This document shows positions 24,490 to 37,062 of a DNA stretch of 64,000 bases, piece by piece. The stretch spans positions 43,526,001 through 43,590,000 of the forward strand of contig CM052817.1 of assembly GCA_028534125.1 (NCBI GenBank), written 5' to 3'. Each line of letters begins with the position of its first letter. Position 1 is the first letter of the stretch. Position numbers and translations under genes: made by a program. The notes under the pieces are model-generated. The model was not told where the DNA came from and searched no databases. It saw only the letters and a program-made list of their open reading frames with translations. This DNA is from Lama glama. Its lineage: Eukaryota.

Positions 24490-26959
24490 CTGAGCATTTA
24501 AAAACAGTTCAGTGTCAAATAGCAGCAGCAAACAGTCACGCCAGATTCGCTACATCTCATGAGTTTTCATGGGTGACAACAATAAACAGGATAAACTAAC
24601 AAAGAGGACTCTCTGTCAAGATGAGCTGTTCTCAAAGATAAAATGAACCCGTTTGTGAAAGTGATTTCCTTAATAATTGTCTCCATCTTTTCACATGTAA
24701 TGAAGTGAAGAATTTTATTCACTAGAAATGCTCCATCTGTGTGTCACACCAGAAAAGCGGTCGGGGTGAGAGAAGAACTCTATTTCCCCAAAAGGGATAA
24801 GAGAAGACATGGATCAGGGGTGGCCACAGAGCTGGCAGGTCTTCTAATATCCTACAGAGGCCTGATGCAGCCAGCAGGGGGGGAGCTGAAGTTCCACTGT
24901 TCCCTTTCACCTGGGACACAGAGTAACAGAGTAGCAGAGTGCACGGGGCAGGTAACCGAAGGACAGAGCTGGGAGAGGAAACAGTATTGCCGTGGGGGTA
25001 TCACATGTACCGTGGGGAGCCGGGTAGAATTCCTGGGCTCCAAAAAAGATCGACATTGTTTATCAAGGCTTCTGTAATTGCAATTGTGTTTTCTATCAAT
25101 ACGTGACACTATCAAGGGAATGGGCCTCCATGTGATACCCTAGGATTTATTGGGAAGCTGTCACATGTTAACTAACCATCTATTGGCCACTGTGAAGGAT
25201 CTGTTTCTCTAAAAGTTATTAAAACTATGGCACAAACATTTTTCTTTGAGGCCCAATTTTCCTTCTATTAGATCTTCTGACTTATCTTGCTTTTTCCACT
25301 TAGCATTTCTTCAAGTCTAGGGATGTGGCAAAACAGGTAATTCATTGTATTGATCAAAAATGGTAGAGGATCCTACAATAACCAGGAGATCATGACTTGT
25401 CCACAAAATAAAAGTCTACAAAGAATTCAGCTGGTAAATTTGAAAAGTTTTGTATGTATTAATGTTTCTTTGTTATTTTGGGCTGCTTCCATTAAAAAAA
25501 ATTGTACCTACAAAATAATTTAATTTTATATAACAGCATGCACAAGAGTGGATGGGAAATGGGACTGTAATTTCACAACTGTTAATCCACTAAACAGATA
25601 AATACATCAGTAATAATGATCACCAAATTCTTATCTGCTTAATAAGGGATAAAACTTATATGATATGGGATTTTATAAAATGCTACATACGCTGCAACAT
25701 TAATGAATATTCACAAATGTGTCATGTGAGCCCCAAGTAGAAGCTAACCTTGCCTAAATTCCACCGAGACAGTAAATATAGAAAACAGATCACTCTAATT
25801 TCCACTAAGAACTTCATACAGATAGAAAATGAGATAATCCAAACGTTTGCAGCTGCAGCCCCACGATGTAATGCAGCGTTTCTTTGCATGGCATTGTCCT
25901 CTGTGCATACCTGTTCTCCAGAAAATCTGAAGAGAAGATTGGTCCTGACAGAGTGGGGGTAGACAGCCAAGGTTCCGATGCCTCTGTTTTCTTTCTCTCA
26001 ACTTTTCTCTGTCTCTGTCTCTGTCTCTTTCTGACCCTATTTGTTTAACTACATAGGTAGCTATTCAACATGGATACAGGGAATGAATAAAAAATCTCTT
26101 ATATATAGATATTGAATGAATAGATAGATGATAGATACAAGTATCTATCAGAACTGCCTCTGACACTACTATGTTATTTCCAGTCAATCCATAAGCAAAA
26201 CATAAATTACAAAAGGGCTTTTTAAAGTTTAAACAAAGATAGGAACTCAAGTTACTATTAATAACAGTAATAATTTGGTTTAGGGTACGATGGTGATTCA
26301 TTAACTTGTGCCGTGAATAAATGTACCCCATGAGTAAGCATATCACAGCAGGTCTGAATAACAACACATGCTCCTGAAAAACACAAGGGAAAACGTAGTG
26401 GAGTAGAAATTACATTGGGTCATAAGCCACGGACTAGATTCTGGTCATGGCTGTGCCGCTGACTAGCTCTGTGCCTTTGACCAAGTGACTAAACAACTAA
26501 AAGTCTGTTTCTTTGTATATAAATTGAGAAAATCTGATGAAATAAATTCAAAAGGACTCTTCTAGTTCTATCATTCTGTCTTTCTGTCTCCCTTCTCCCC
26601 CATAACTTCTCTCTTGTCTAGGTTATCCCCCTTTTCCTCCCAAGGTGATCATATCTCCTTCGTAGTAATATCAAAATCCAAAACAAAACCCTCTCCCTTC
26701 CCTTGTTTGGTCATTCTACAAATTTGGACTAAGCATCTCCTATGTGCTCCGGGCCGTGCCGTTTGATGGGCTGCAGGATGAAGAGGGCATATTCCTGCTC
26801 TCAAGGAGCTAAGCGTCTGGAGGAAGAAGCAGACAAATAAGCAAGCACTTGCAGTTGGGTCAAGGGTGTAATAAGGGTGCACACAAGCACCATGGCGGCA
26901 CACAGGAGGCTTGATGCTTGGGGATGGGAGGTTCAAAGAAAGTTTATGAATGTAGCAGT

Positions 26960-28950
26960 GTCTACCTAATGTCCCATTTCTCTCTCCCATTCTCAGTGAA
27001 GCTCCCTGAAGAGTAGCCTTTACTTGGCCTTCCTTCTCCCACTTTCCATCCACTCCTCAAACCTTGGTAACAGAGCATCCACTCTTGCCATTTTACTGAC
27101 ACCAACTTCAATGTTGCCAAAGTCAGTGGATCATATTAAATTCTTCTCCCACTTTTTCCCTTACCTGGGATCAACAGTGTTGACACAAACTCTCTCTGGA
27201 TACTACTCTCCTGGCTACCATAACACTGTTCTCTTCTCTGATCATTTCTTACCATTCACCTCTCTGACCACGCCTTCTTAACCTTCCTAAGTTTCCTCTC
27301 TTACGTTCACCTCGCCTTAAACGACTATGTTCCCCAAATCCTTGGTCTTCAATTATTTTTTACACACAATCTCTTTGGATGAGCGTATTAATTCTAAAGG
27401 TTTACACACTGTCTCCCTGTTAATGATACCCACATTGTATATCCAACCCTGTCTTCTCCTCGGAGCTTTAGACTCGTATATCCAGCTGCGTTTTTGACAT
27501 TTCCACCTGGCTCTTCCACGAACACTTCACACTTAGCGTGGCCCAAACTGAAACAGCCATTTTCCTCCCGGATGGGATGCTTCTCCTCATTCTCCTATAT
27601 TCTCAATATCAGTTTGCAGCTCAGTTAACCAATTAGTCATCAAGCTATAAATATGTGAGTCGTCTTTCCTCTTCCTTTCTCTCATCCTCCTACCTTCATT
27701 CAGTTCTGCTGACTTTTCCTGTAATTATTTATTCAGCCTGCCCTTTCCTCTTGATCCCTACACTGCCCTCGCTCTGATTCAGGACTCATCCTTTCATCTG
27801 GGTTATTCTCACAGCCTCAGAACTGATCTCTTCATTTCCAATAGTATGCATTATCTTTGAAAAACCAGATCTTTCAAAAAAAAAAAAAGATGGCCCTTCT
27901 ACCCACATGCCTTAAAACCTTCATTAGTATTCTATCATCTTAGAAATAAAATTCCAAGCTCCACAGTACAGCCTGCAAGGCTCTCCACAACCTTGAACTT
28001 ACCACCTCTCTAGCTTCATCTCTCATTCATTCAGTCAGTCAGTCAAAAGATATTTATTGAGTGCCTACCATGTGTCAGGTGATATTGTAGGTGCTGGGGA
28101 TATACAGTGAATAAAAAAGACAGTAAACAAGAATGATCAGTAAAATATGGAGTATGTCAGATAGCAGTTAATGCCAAGAAGAAAAATAAAGCTTGGAAAA
28201 GGAATAGGAAATGTGTGGTAGTGGTAGTGGGTAGAGAATTGCAATTTTGAATAGAATGGCATTTGAGCAAGACTTGAAGGAAGTAAAGGATCTAGATACA
28301 TACATACATACATACATACATACATACATACATACATACATACAAAAAAGACAGACAGACAGATAACTAGATAGACAACTTCAGAAGGAACAGCAGAGTG
28401 CAGAGGCCTTAACAGCAGAACTATGGCTGGCACAAATCCAGGGACTAGCAAGCAGGCGTGGTGTCTGAAGCAGAGGGAGCAGGGGAGGAGCCCACTAATC
28501 AGAGAGGTACAATAGTCCTTTACAGGAAATCATGAGAAGTTACTCAAAGGGAGAAGAAGAGCCACTGAAAGCTCTTGGAGGGGTTTAAGGAGAGAAGCAA
28601 CGCAATCTGACTTAAATTTTAATAGGATCACCCTGGCTGCTATATCAAGATGACACAGAAAGAGGCAAGTAGAAAAACAGTGAAACAAGTTAAGAGGCTA
28701 CTGTGAGAATGCAGGTAACAAGTGATAACAGGTGGAACCAGAGTCAGAGCAGAGAAGCTGTATTTGGGATGCACTGTTTTTCGATGGAAAAGCTGGGGGA
28801 CTGGCTAATGTACTGGATGGGGTTGGGGGAGAAAGTGGGGAGGATGATGCTAAGCTTTTTGACCTGAGCAAGTGGGAGAAGGGAGTTGCCATTTACTGCG
28901 ATGAGAAAAATCAGGAGAAGAACAAATTAGGAAGGGGCAAACTCACAATT
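26960..28950. mobile_element. L2 fragments: plus-oriented ~26960-28025, minus-oriented 3' end ~28025-28950
   Basis: The L2 3' terminus cattcattcagtc...atatttattgagtgcctaccatgtgtcagg, plus purine-rich L2 3' region. The pyrimidine-rich mirror-type sequence lies to the left. Confidence 0.75.
28297..28343. repeat. (CATA)n tetranucleotide microsatellite
   Basis: About 11-12 perfect units inside L2. Confidence 0.97.
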
Positions 28951-28959
28951 GGTATAGAA

Positions 28960-29278
28960 CAAAGGGCAGAAACTTTTTCTGTAAAGGGTCAGATAGTACA
29001 TATCTTAGCCCTTGGGGACCACATATAATCTATGTCACAACCACACAACTCTGTCCTTGTAGCACAAAAGCAGCCATAGACAATATTTAAGCAAATGAGT
29101 GTGTCTGGGTTTCAATAAAACTTTATAGATACCAAAACTTGATTTCATATAATTTTCACATCACAAAATAAGTGTTCTCTATTGGTTTTTTCCAACTATT
29201 TAAAAATGTCAAAACCATTGTTTGTTCATAGGTCATACAAAAACAGGTGGCAGGCTAAATTTAGTCTGCTGACCCCTG
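28960..29278. mobile_element. MER58B-like hAT element
   Basis: aaactttttctgtaaagggtcagatagt...aaagcagccatagacaat...gctgacccctg. 8-bp TSD gtatagaa/ggatagaa (7/8). Confidence 0.85.
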
Positions 29279-30455
29279 GGATAGAACACATTTAGTTTTC
29301 AGCATTACAATCTATGTCTTCTAACTAATTCAGGGCTTCTTCCATGATACTGCAATTATTCACATGACGTGGTGAAGGTCATGTCTTTGTGGCCCTTACA
29401 AAACCAGCTCAGATTCTGACATGAGTTACTCAGCAAGCAAAATAGAGATCTTTTAGGAGTATTTACTCCATAAAATAGAAAGCCCCATAACATACAACAA
29501 AATATTATCATATCTTACATTTGATGTGCACGCAGCTTCTCAGAAATATATCTATTTTCAGAAATACTCTTAAAGATATACAGAACTTTCGCTCCAATGT
29601 TGGAAGCAAACAGAAACTTTTCAGCATTATATGGTACAAAGACTCAAGATTAACTATTATGGGGCGGGGAGGGAGAAAATTAGAAAAATAAACTGTGCTC
29701 ATGACATTGGCAGACTGCTTTTTAAAGAAAATAATTGGTTTTCACTAAGGAGTTTCAAATGTTCAACTTTGAAGCTTAAGCTTTTTTTTTTTTGTAAGTA
29801 GGTTCACTTTAAAAAGAAAAGAGTCAGCACCTGAAAAAAAAATTCAAACAGAATAGATGTGTAGTCAAAAAAGTGAAAAGTTTTAACAAAGGGGAAAGGA
29901 GGCAATACCCCTCACCCACTTGGTTAAATACCAGATTTCCTGAGTCGAAGTGTCTCCTGTGATCCTAGGAGGCCCAAAAGCAGCACAACAATACCACCAG
30001 TGGCACAACAAATAATGTCTTTAGAAAATCATCTTTGAGAAGTCAACCCTGACTTTCAACACATTCAATGGCTTGTAAAATGGTGTGATGGCTTTGGCAT
30101 CTGTCAGACCTGGGGAAGGTCTCTGGGCAGCAGTTTATTAATTGCATAATCTTATTAAGTTGCCTAAAATCTCCAGGCTTCACTTTCCTCACTTGTAAAG
30201 TGGGGATGATAAGTACCCAACAGAATATTAAATGGGATAACATTTATAAAACCTTTATCTGAGTGCCTGGTCCAGAGCAAATGCCCAATAAACAGAAATT
30301 AAGATATTCTTAGATATGATATGTTTAAAATTCTCTTGCATTTCATAAAGCTTGCAAGTAAGGATGGGGATAAATGTCCAAACCAGAAGACTGAAAAAAT
30401 GCAAAAACCCTACCTTCCCTGACTTTATACTTAGAAAACAATTAGGATACCATAC

Positions 30456-30563
30456 CTTCTCAAAGGCACACTGAGGGTTTCTGCAAACAGCAGGTTTGCA
30501 GATAACAATATCACCATGGCAACGGCAGTTCTGGCATGAATCAGGCTTCCAAATGGTGGCATC
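30456..30563 (-). CDS. FRAS1: FRAS1 coding exon (human exon 3 equivalent), VWC repeat 1
   Basis: 108 bp, phase 0-0, acceptor ...ttctttgcag| and donor |gtatgg. Translates DATIWKPDSCQNCRCHGDIVICKPAVCRNPQCAFEK, near-identical to the recalled human FRAS1 N-terminal VWC repeat. Confidence 0.97.
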
Positions 30564-31328
30564 CTGCAAAGAAGCATAAGCTCTGAGTTAAAAACTGATC
30601 CGTCAAGGTATGAGCACACGAAAGCGGCACCATCAACAGCCCCACAGCCTGAACAATTAAAAGGCAAAGGAAAGTCACAGGCATACATGGTGCTTGCTGG
30701 GCACTGATTAAACCCTGAGAGGCAGTAATCCATTTCACCACAGTCAACCCACGTAGCTACAGACAAGGGCATGCAGCAGAGAGCTGTCGATACCCGGAGT
30801 AAAAACAATTGATTGGACAGAAACCTCAGGGGACAAGCTGCTCCCTGACTTGAAGTTTCTCTTTGCTGTTAACTAGCAGAAACCATCAGAGCGCGCTCAC
30901 AGGAAAACGGCACTTGGACTAGCACCAACCAGCATCCTAAGAGCAGCTTTTGCCACTGGATACTGTCAGCACCTCACACTTCACTTTGCCACTATCTATG
31001 TTAACGCTCATCAGGAACAGGGACTTGAGTAAGTAGTTCGATATTTTTAAGGCAGATCAAGCAACACACTGAGTGGCTGCTGCACGTTCAGCTGTGCACT
31101 AGGCATGGGGCACAAGTGAAGCACATGTAAGGAGCTCACTAATTGTTTTGGATTATGAACAGGAAGGTATTAAATAAACATAAATGGATGAAACTGATAT
31201 TTCTCAACAAACTGGAAAGGAAAGTAATAGTCATAAGCAGAAAATTTCAAGCGGGGCTCAGTGCAGAAAGGTCTCAGAAATTTTTTTCCAATTTCCCACC
31301 TACCAGCATACTGAATCCAAACTGAATC

Positions 31329-32545
31329 TTGTTCTAGGTGTTTCATAAGAATCTTTGCCAGAAGCAGTTTTTGCCACACAATGAATTGGCCCTAGGACAA
31401 TTCAGCTGTAAAAGATAAAATAACTGGTTGACAGTTTGGTTTCCCTTCTCCGTTGACAAGATACTCCCATTTTTTTATTATGGAAATCTTAGTAAACCGC
31501 ATAATGGTCTACACAGTGACGAGTAGACGTGGCAGTCTTAAAATAGTAGATGATAACAACTATGTATATTGATTGACTTGATATGAAATGTGATGATGAG
31601 AAAACTTACTGGAAGTGTGAAATAGGAGAGCATAAACTCAGGCTGCACGCTATACTAGAAAATAACATATTATTTTGCAAATCCTTTGTTGAGCACGGTC
31701 ATTCGTTCCACCCATCAAAACCAAAAGTACCAAGCTATGGTGAGTATAAAAGAGGTGGCTAGTAATTCGCAACAGTCTTCCAGGGCATTAATGATCAATT
31801 CTTTGGCTAATTTAGATTCAATAGCATGTTCTCTAATGCCGTCTTTACCACATTTATCAGATAATATTAGAAACTGGAGGCAGAAGAAGAATCAAGCTTC
31901 TCCTGTCTCTTCAGAAAGAAATCGTTACCTGACCCCTGATAAGCTTCTTGAAAATGGTGAAGATTTTTCGCTATTTGATAGTGGAGGACATGATGTAGAC
32001 AGAATTTGGGGTTTGGCGCAGACTCTGACTTAGATGATTTGGTGGAGTGTAAGGACTGGGCATGTGCTGGAACGTTTCCATGTAGTCCAGATGTGCACCA
32101 CCAGTTATACACACTGTGTGTACTGATGGGAAATAACAGCATCCCTCATTTGTTTGTTTTCCTTCCAGGGGAATCTGAACAGACTTAACAGCAGATCTTT
32201 TTTTTAATATCGTAAAGAACTTATGTTGGACGTTAGATCCTGAATCCTTAACAATGGATTTGAGGAAGGAAGTATCACCACTTTCTCTAAGATACACCCG
32301 ATACAACTATAATCATGAATCTACACACATTTTAAATGTGTTCAAATACTTTTTGTATTTTACACAATAAAATCTTTTTAAAATTTTGTTAATTTTTCAT
32401 GTTTCAGTATGTTCTTTTAATGTTCTTCTTTTATTTTGCTTTTGTTTTTGTTATTTTATCTTTTACAGCAAAATTGTCCAATGCCAATTAGTTGTGGGGT
32501 AAAACTGCTCACAACAAAAATGTTTGCAGTGAAAATATGGGACAC
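31329..32545 (+). mobile_element. Mutator-like (MULE/MuDR) DNA transposon fossil with long terminal inverted repeats, internally deleted
   Basis: TIRs ~31329-31424 and ~32450-32545. They include an exact 20-bp inverted match, gctgtaaaagataaaataac (31405-31424) / gttattttatcttttacagc (32450-32469), plus collinear matches ggacaatt, aattggc and agcagtttt. Degenerate 9-bp flanks aactgaatc / aattgaagt (6/9). Internal transposase remnants. Confidence 0.85.
31504..32305 (+). pseudogene. Decayed FLYWCH + MULE DDE transposase
   Basis: Joined across frameshifts: MVYTVTSRRGSLKIVDDNNYVY / EKTYWKCEIGEHKLRLHAILE..EHGHS (FLYWCH-like) / LPHLSDNIRNWRQKK..ENGEDFSLFDSGGHDVDRI / DLDDLVECKDWACAGTFPCSPDVHHQLYTLCV..IPHLFVFLPGESEQT (W-x-x-DGTF motif, D reads A) / LDPESLTMD(F)EEGSITTFSKIHP (second-Asp DFE motif). 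Several stops and frameshifts; the C-terminal part is missing. Confidence 0.82.
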
Positions 32546-33498
32546 AATTGAAGTCAACTGTGTCCATTTTGAAGTAACTTTGAACCCAAGTATAGCACAG
32601 ATCTCACAGAGCCCTGTTTCTGTCCTTTCAAAGGCTGCTCGGATGACTTTGAACTGAACTGGTGAAGATACCACAGACTATAGTGAAATTCATCTTCCCA
32701 GAGATTTCTGAACCCAGATTCCTATTTCTCATGGGTTGAAAACTGCCATACTATTTGGCTGAGTTTTAAACACTCAGCCTCTTTTAAGAGTGTTATCCAC
32801 TATTATTCTCCGCTTTAAAACTACCCCATGGCTCATCTTTGCCCCTGATGGGATGAAGTGCAGACTCCATCATCTGGCGCGCCCCTCTCCCTAGCCTTGG
32901 CAAGTCTCACAGTCCTGAGACTTTCACCCACTCAAGGTGGTCAAGCATCAGAAAGCCCCAGCTTCCCCGATCTGGTCTCACGTCTTACCCTCTTCCTGGA
33001 TCCCCACTTCTCCCTGACTCCTCCAAAGAGTCTGCAAACCAACACACTTCTTTCAATCTTCAACCTCAAGGACAAATCATTTCCTAACCCTTAATTCTGA
33101 ACACTGCACCCCCAGTGGGGTGTGGCTTCCCACAGCTTCTCTGTGACCCCTGTTTCCTGCACACACTGTCCTGCTTCACTGCACTCACATCTACTGTTAG
33201 CTTGGCCAGACCGGACTGTGAGCACCTCAGAGCAGGCACTGTCCTGGGCCTGGCACAAACCAAGTGTTCACAGCTCGCAAGTTGCTTAGTGAAGGCTTTT
33301 TCTTCCTTTTTACACTTCCTTATCCTTTTGTCCTCTAATATTTGAAGTGCTACTCAAACACTCTGGGGAGGAGTGAGGGAATTTTCTAAGCTCTTCACAG
33401 AGTCATCAGAATATTATCTTTTTGACCTGAAAGCGGATGAGCTGGGAAAATGGTGGATGCTAGTAAAGGATGCTGTCACACAAAAAGGCAAAACCAAA

Positions 33499-33870
33499 TG
33501 TGATGGTTAATTTCTGTGCCAACTTGGCTCAGTTCTGGCAACCAGCTGTTTGGTCAAACACTGGCCTCAATGGTGCTGTGAAGGTATTTTAGAGATGTGA
33601 TTAACATTTATAATCAGTAAAGTAAAGGAAATTATCCTCAACAATATGGATGAGCCTCATTCAATCAGCTGAAGGCCTTAAAAGCAAAACCTGAGGTTTC
33701 CTGGAGAGGAAGGAATTCAGCTTTCTGATTGTAGCACAGAAATTCTGCCCGAGTTTCCAACCTGCCTGGCCTGCTCTCCTGGTTTCAAACTTGCCAGTCC
33801 CCACAATCACATGAGCCAATTCCTTAAAATAAATTCCCTCCTCTCCTCCTCTCTCCCTCTCCCTCTCCAT

Positions 33871-33911
<41 letters not shown>

Positions 33912-33947
33912 TCTGATTAGTTCTGTTTCTCTGAAGGACAATGACAT
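33499..33947 (+). mobile_element. MLT2-type ERVL LTR with internal (CA)n
   Basis: Starts tgtgatggttaatttctgtgccaacttgg. Contains the MLT2 hallmarks aatcacatgagccaattccttaaaataaat and ttctgtttctctg. Confidence 0.85.
33873..33909. repeat. (AC)n microsatellite
   Basis: About 18 perfect units inside the MLT2. Confidence 0.97.
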
Positions 33948-34559
33948 GCCAACAACAGATGCAGATTTACACAGACATGCACCGTATTCCCAAGGAAAAA
34001 TGAAGTCACCTTTCTGTGAGAAATGTTAGATGCGTAATCTTTTAGGGAATGTGCTTCAAACCCAAAGTCATTTAAGAAATATAAAATATATCTGAGGTGA
34101 GATTACATTCCCAGTGGCTAATTCATACAAAACCTAGGTCAAAGCAGATGACTACTAGAACCTGATTCAGAGTAGGTCAGAATTTCTTTCTCTTTATTGT
34201 TACAGCACATGCCTCTGAAAATTGGCAGTAGTCTGCCAACTACAGTTTACACTTAACCCAAAAGGCAATGATACGTAGGTAAGGGAAAAATAATTTCATT
34301 CTCAAGCACGATGTCGTATATCTTCCCTGCTGAGTTAATAAAACAATATCAGCTTCAGGACACAGAGTAAACAAAAATGACAACTTCACAAAGTCAGCGG
34401 CTACTGTTTATTGACCACTTATGCTAACAGGAAGTGCTGAGAGGAGAAGGCACTTGTGGGTAAGTGCAGGAGGGTGACCTAGTTTGCTTCCTGACCTCTG
34501 CCCTCATCCCGGAGGGCTGGGCCCAGCAGAGACGGAAGTAACCGCACATCAGCACTACG

Positions 34560-34920
34560 CAAAGCTCTCACAGGCATGATGACCCTATGAAGCTGGCACT
34601 GTTATGGTCATAACTATTCCCACTTAACAGATGAGGAAACGAGACGCGATAGATTGAGTGATTGGCTCAAGTTCACAAACTTCTAAGACCTAAGCACTTG
34701 GGCTCTGGAGCCAGGCTGCTGGACTTGAATCTTGGTGTCACCATTCATTAACAGTGAGTCTGTTATCAAGTGATGGTGTCTGTGTCTCAGGTTCTTCATC
34801 TGTAAAGTAGGGATAATAATGTACTAAACAAATAGAGTTATTGAAAGGATCAAATGAAATGATGTACTTAAAGAGATCTGGAACTTACGGTGAAAGGCTC
34901 ATTAATTTAATTTCTCATGT
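34560..34920. mobile_element. Two adjacent, oppositely oriented MIRs
   Basis: acagatgaggaaac (34628-34641) and ttcttcatctgtaaagtagggataata (34792-34818). Confidence 0.75.
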
Positions 34921-36869
34921 AATTATTTTAATCCAACTGCTTTCTATAATGTCACAGGCATTGAGCCAGTATCTTCTTTTTTGTATTTTATTTTTTATTG
35001 AAGTGTAGTTGATTTGCAATGTTAGTTTCAGGTGTACAGTAAACCAAGCAAATATTTTCTAAACATTTCCTAAGTAGCTTGACTTTCCCATCTTCCCACT
35101 CTGGCCAACACAGGTGAAACAGAATGAAATTGCTAGTTAATCAGGACCCTCGCAGTGAAAAGACTCAGAATGTTGCATTAGAAGAAAGGAATGACGCCAC
35201 AGATTGCATTTTCAAGACTACATAGGTCGTTGGCAAAGCCTCTTCCTTTTCACTCAGACCTCAGATGGCCACATCAGTTCAGCAAATGATGGCTCTAAGG
35301 CACCTGTCATCTCTGCTCTCTCCAGATGTGGCATGCTTACACTGGGCATCAAATTCTTCCCTACATCTCAACTATTTCCTCAGTGATCCTAGACTCCAAA
35401 ATAGTCTGGTATACCTTTTAGCAGCTCTCAGTCACTGGACCCTGCTTATTGAACTCTACACACGGTGTTCTAACAATGTGGAATAATTTCTCACTTTAAT
35501 TCACAGAAACATAATTTTTCTTCCTATTAATTCAAAACTAAATTTATTGGGGCCCAGGAAGTATTCCTCAGTTTGCTCACACATCTATCTTCCTACTAGA
35601 CTATGACTCTTCCAGGAAGGAGAGCTCGTTTTATGCTTGTTGAGCCCCTTGCCCTAGCATAATTCCTGAGTGTTGGCTGAGCACTTGCTTATCCTCAAGA
35701 AAACATCTGTCCCCATGACTTGAGATACCCCAGTTGATGTGAGGTCTTGAGAAAACAATGCTTAAATGATGTCACTACAAAATTTCCATAATGTTGAAGG
35801 TTATTATTTCACTGGAATCAAACTACAATGAAAATGTTTCTTCATCTAGGCATTGGATTTGTCCAAAAAAAACTTCCTTATATTAATGTCCTTAGAGAGT
35901 AAATAATTTATGGTTAATTTTAAATAAAATGAGCCCTCTACCAAGGCCTAGATAGATGGCCATATATTTTTCAGGTTTAAAACTTTACAAATCAATTTCT
36001 ATGGTGCCATAAAATTGCTTTATGAAGGTAGGGATACTGGAGTTCCTCAATAGCTAAAACTCTGGATAAAGCCATAAAGTCCAAAGAAATAACATTGTAA
36101 AGTAAATTGTACAGATTTTCCATGTCACTATAGCAATTCCGTCACTTTATAATCCTCTCTTCCAATCTAACACACTCTGCGAAAGAAACAGTCTTAAAAT
36201 CGTTTTTCACTAGACTACAGATTAAAGGATTAGATTACAACAAACCTAAAACGCAATCAAAATATGATCATTTTAAACGGCTTTCAAATTTTTCAATAAT
36301 AAAGTGAATAAAGTGTTCTTGCAGATAATATATTGCCTCCATCCTCAAATATCTTAAAGTAAGAGCAAGGGGCTTTGAAAAACTACAACAAAAAATAATT
36401 CACTTGGTTAAGTATTTATTGAACACTTGTTTAATGCTAAAAATAAACAATGAATACATCCCTCATCAGTACTCAGATTTCTTGGGGGAAATTGTAGTAT
36501 TTTATAATAGCACTTTATCAACTGTCAACTTAAATTTTCTTTCATCTGTATGGTATAATAACCCTACTTTAATTATTGATTAATTCATTTCATTTTAAAT
36601 CCCCTGGGCTTCTTAGGCCAAAAATGAGAAAGAAGAAATAAAGCAACCCCAAAGATATGTTTTCAAATTACAAACTAGTATGTAGAATACAATACTTTTT
36701 TATAATTAAAATATATTTCTGGGCATGGAAACAAAGTATGGAATTAAACAAACTAGTAAGTGAAGGATGGTCACTCCTGGGTGGGGATTCTTGGTAATTT
36801 TTTGTTTTTTTCCTTTATGCTTATCCATATTTTCTATTTTTTCATTTACAAAACACGTAACTTAAGAGA

Positions 36870-37062
36870 TTTTTTTAAAAGTTGAAGTATAGTTGATTTA
36901 CAATGTTGTGTTAGCTTCTGGTGTACAGCATAGATTCAGTTATACATACGTATATATATTCTTTTTCATTGTAGTTTATTACAAGCTATTGAATATAGTT
37001 CCCTGTGCTGTACAGTAAGACCTTGCTGTTTATCTGTTTTATATACAGAAATTTGTATCTGT
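36870..37062 (-). mobile_element. L1 3' end fragment
   Basis: ttgaagtatagttgatttacaatgttgtgttagcttctggtgtacagc...gaatatagttccctgtgctgtacagtaagacc. Confidence 0.85.

Noticed and set aside
31686..32188. Transposase ORFs as an active or domesticated gene
   Set aside because: Multiple frameshifts and stops, the first catalytic Asp reads Ala, the second FLYWCH Cys is lost, and the C-terminal half is deleted.
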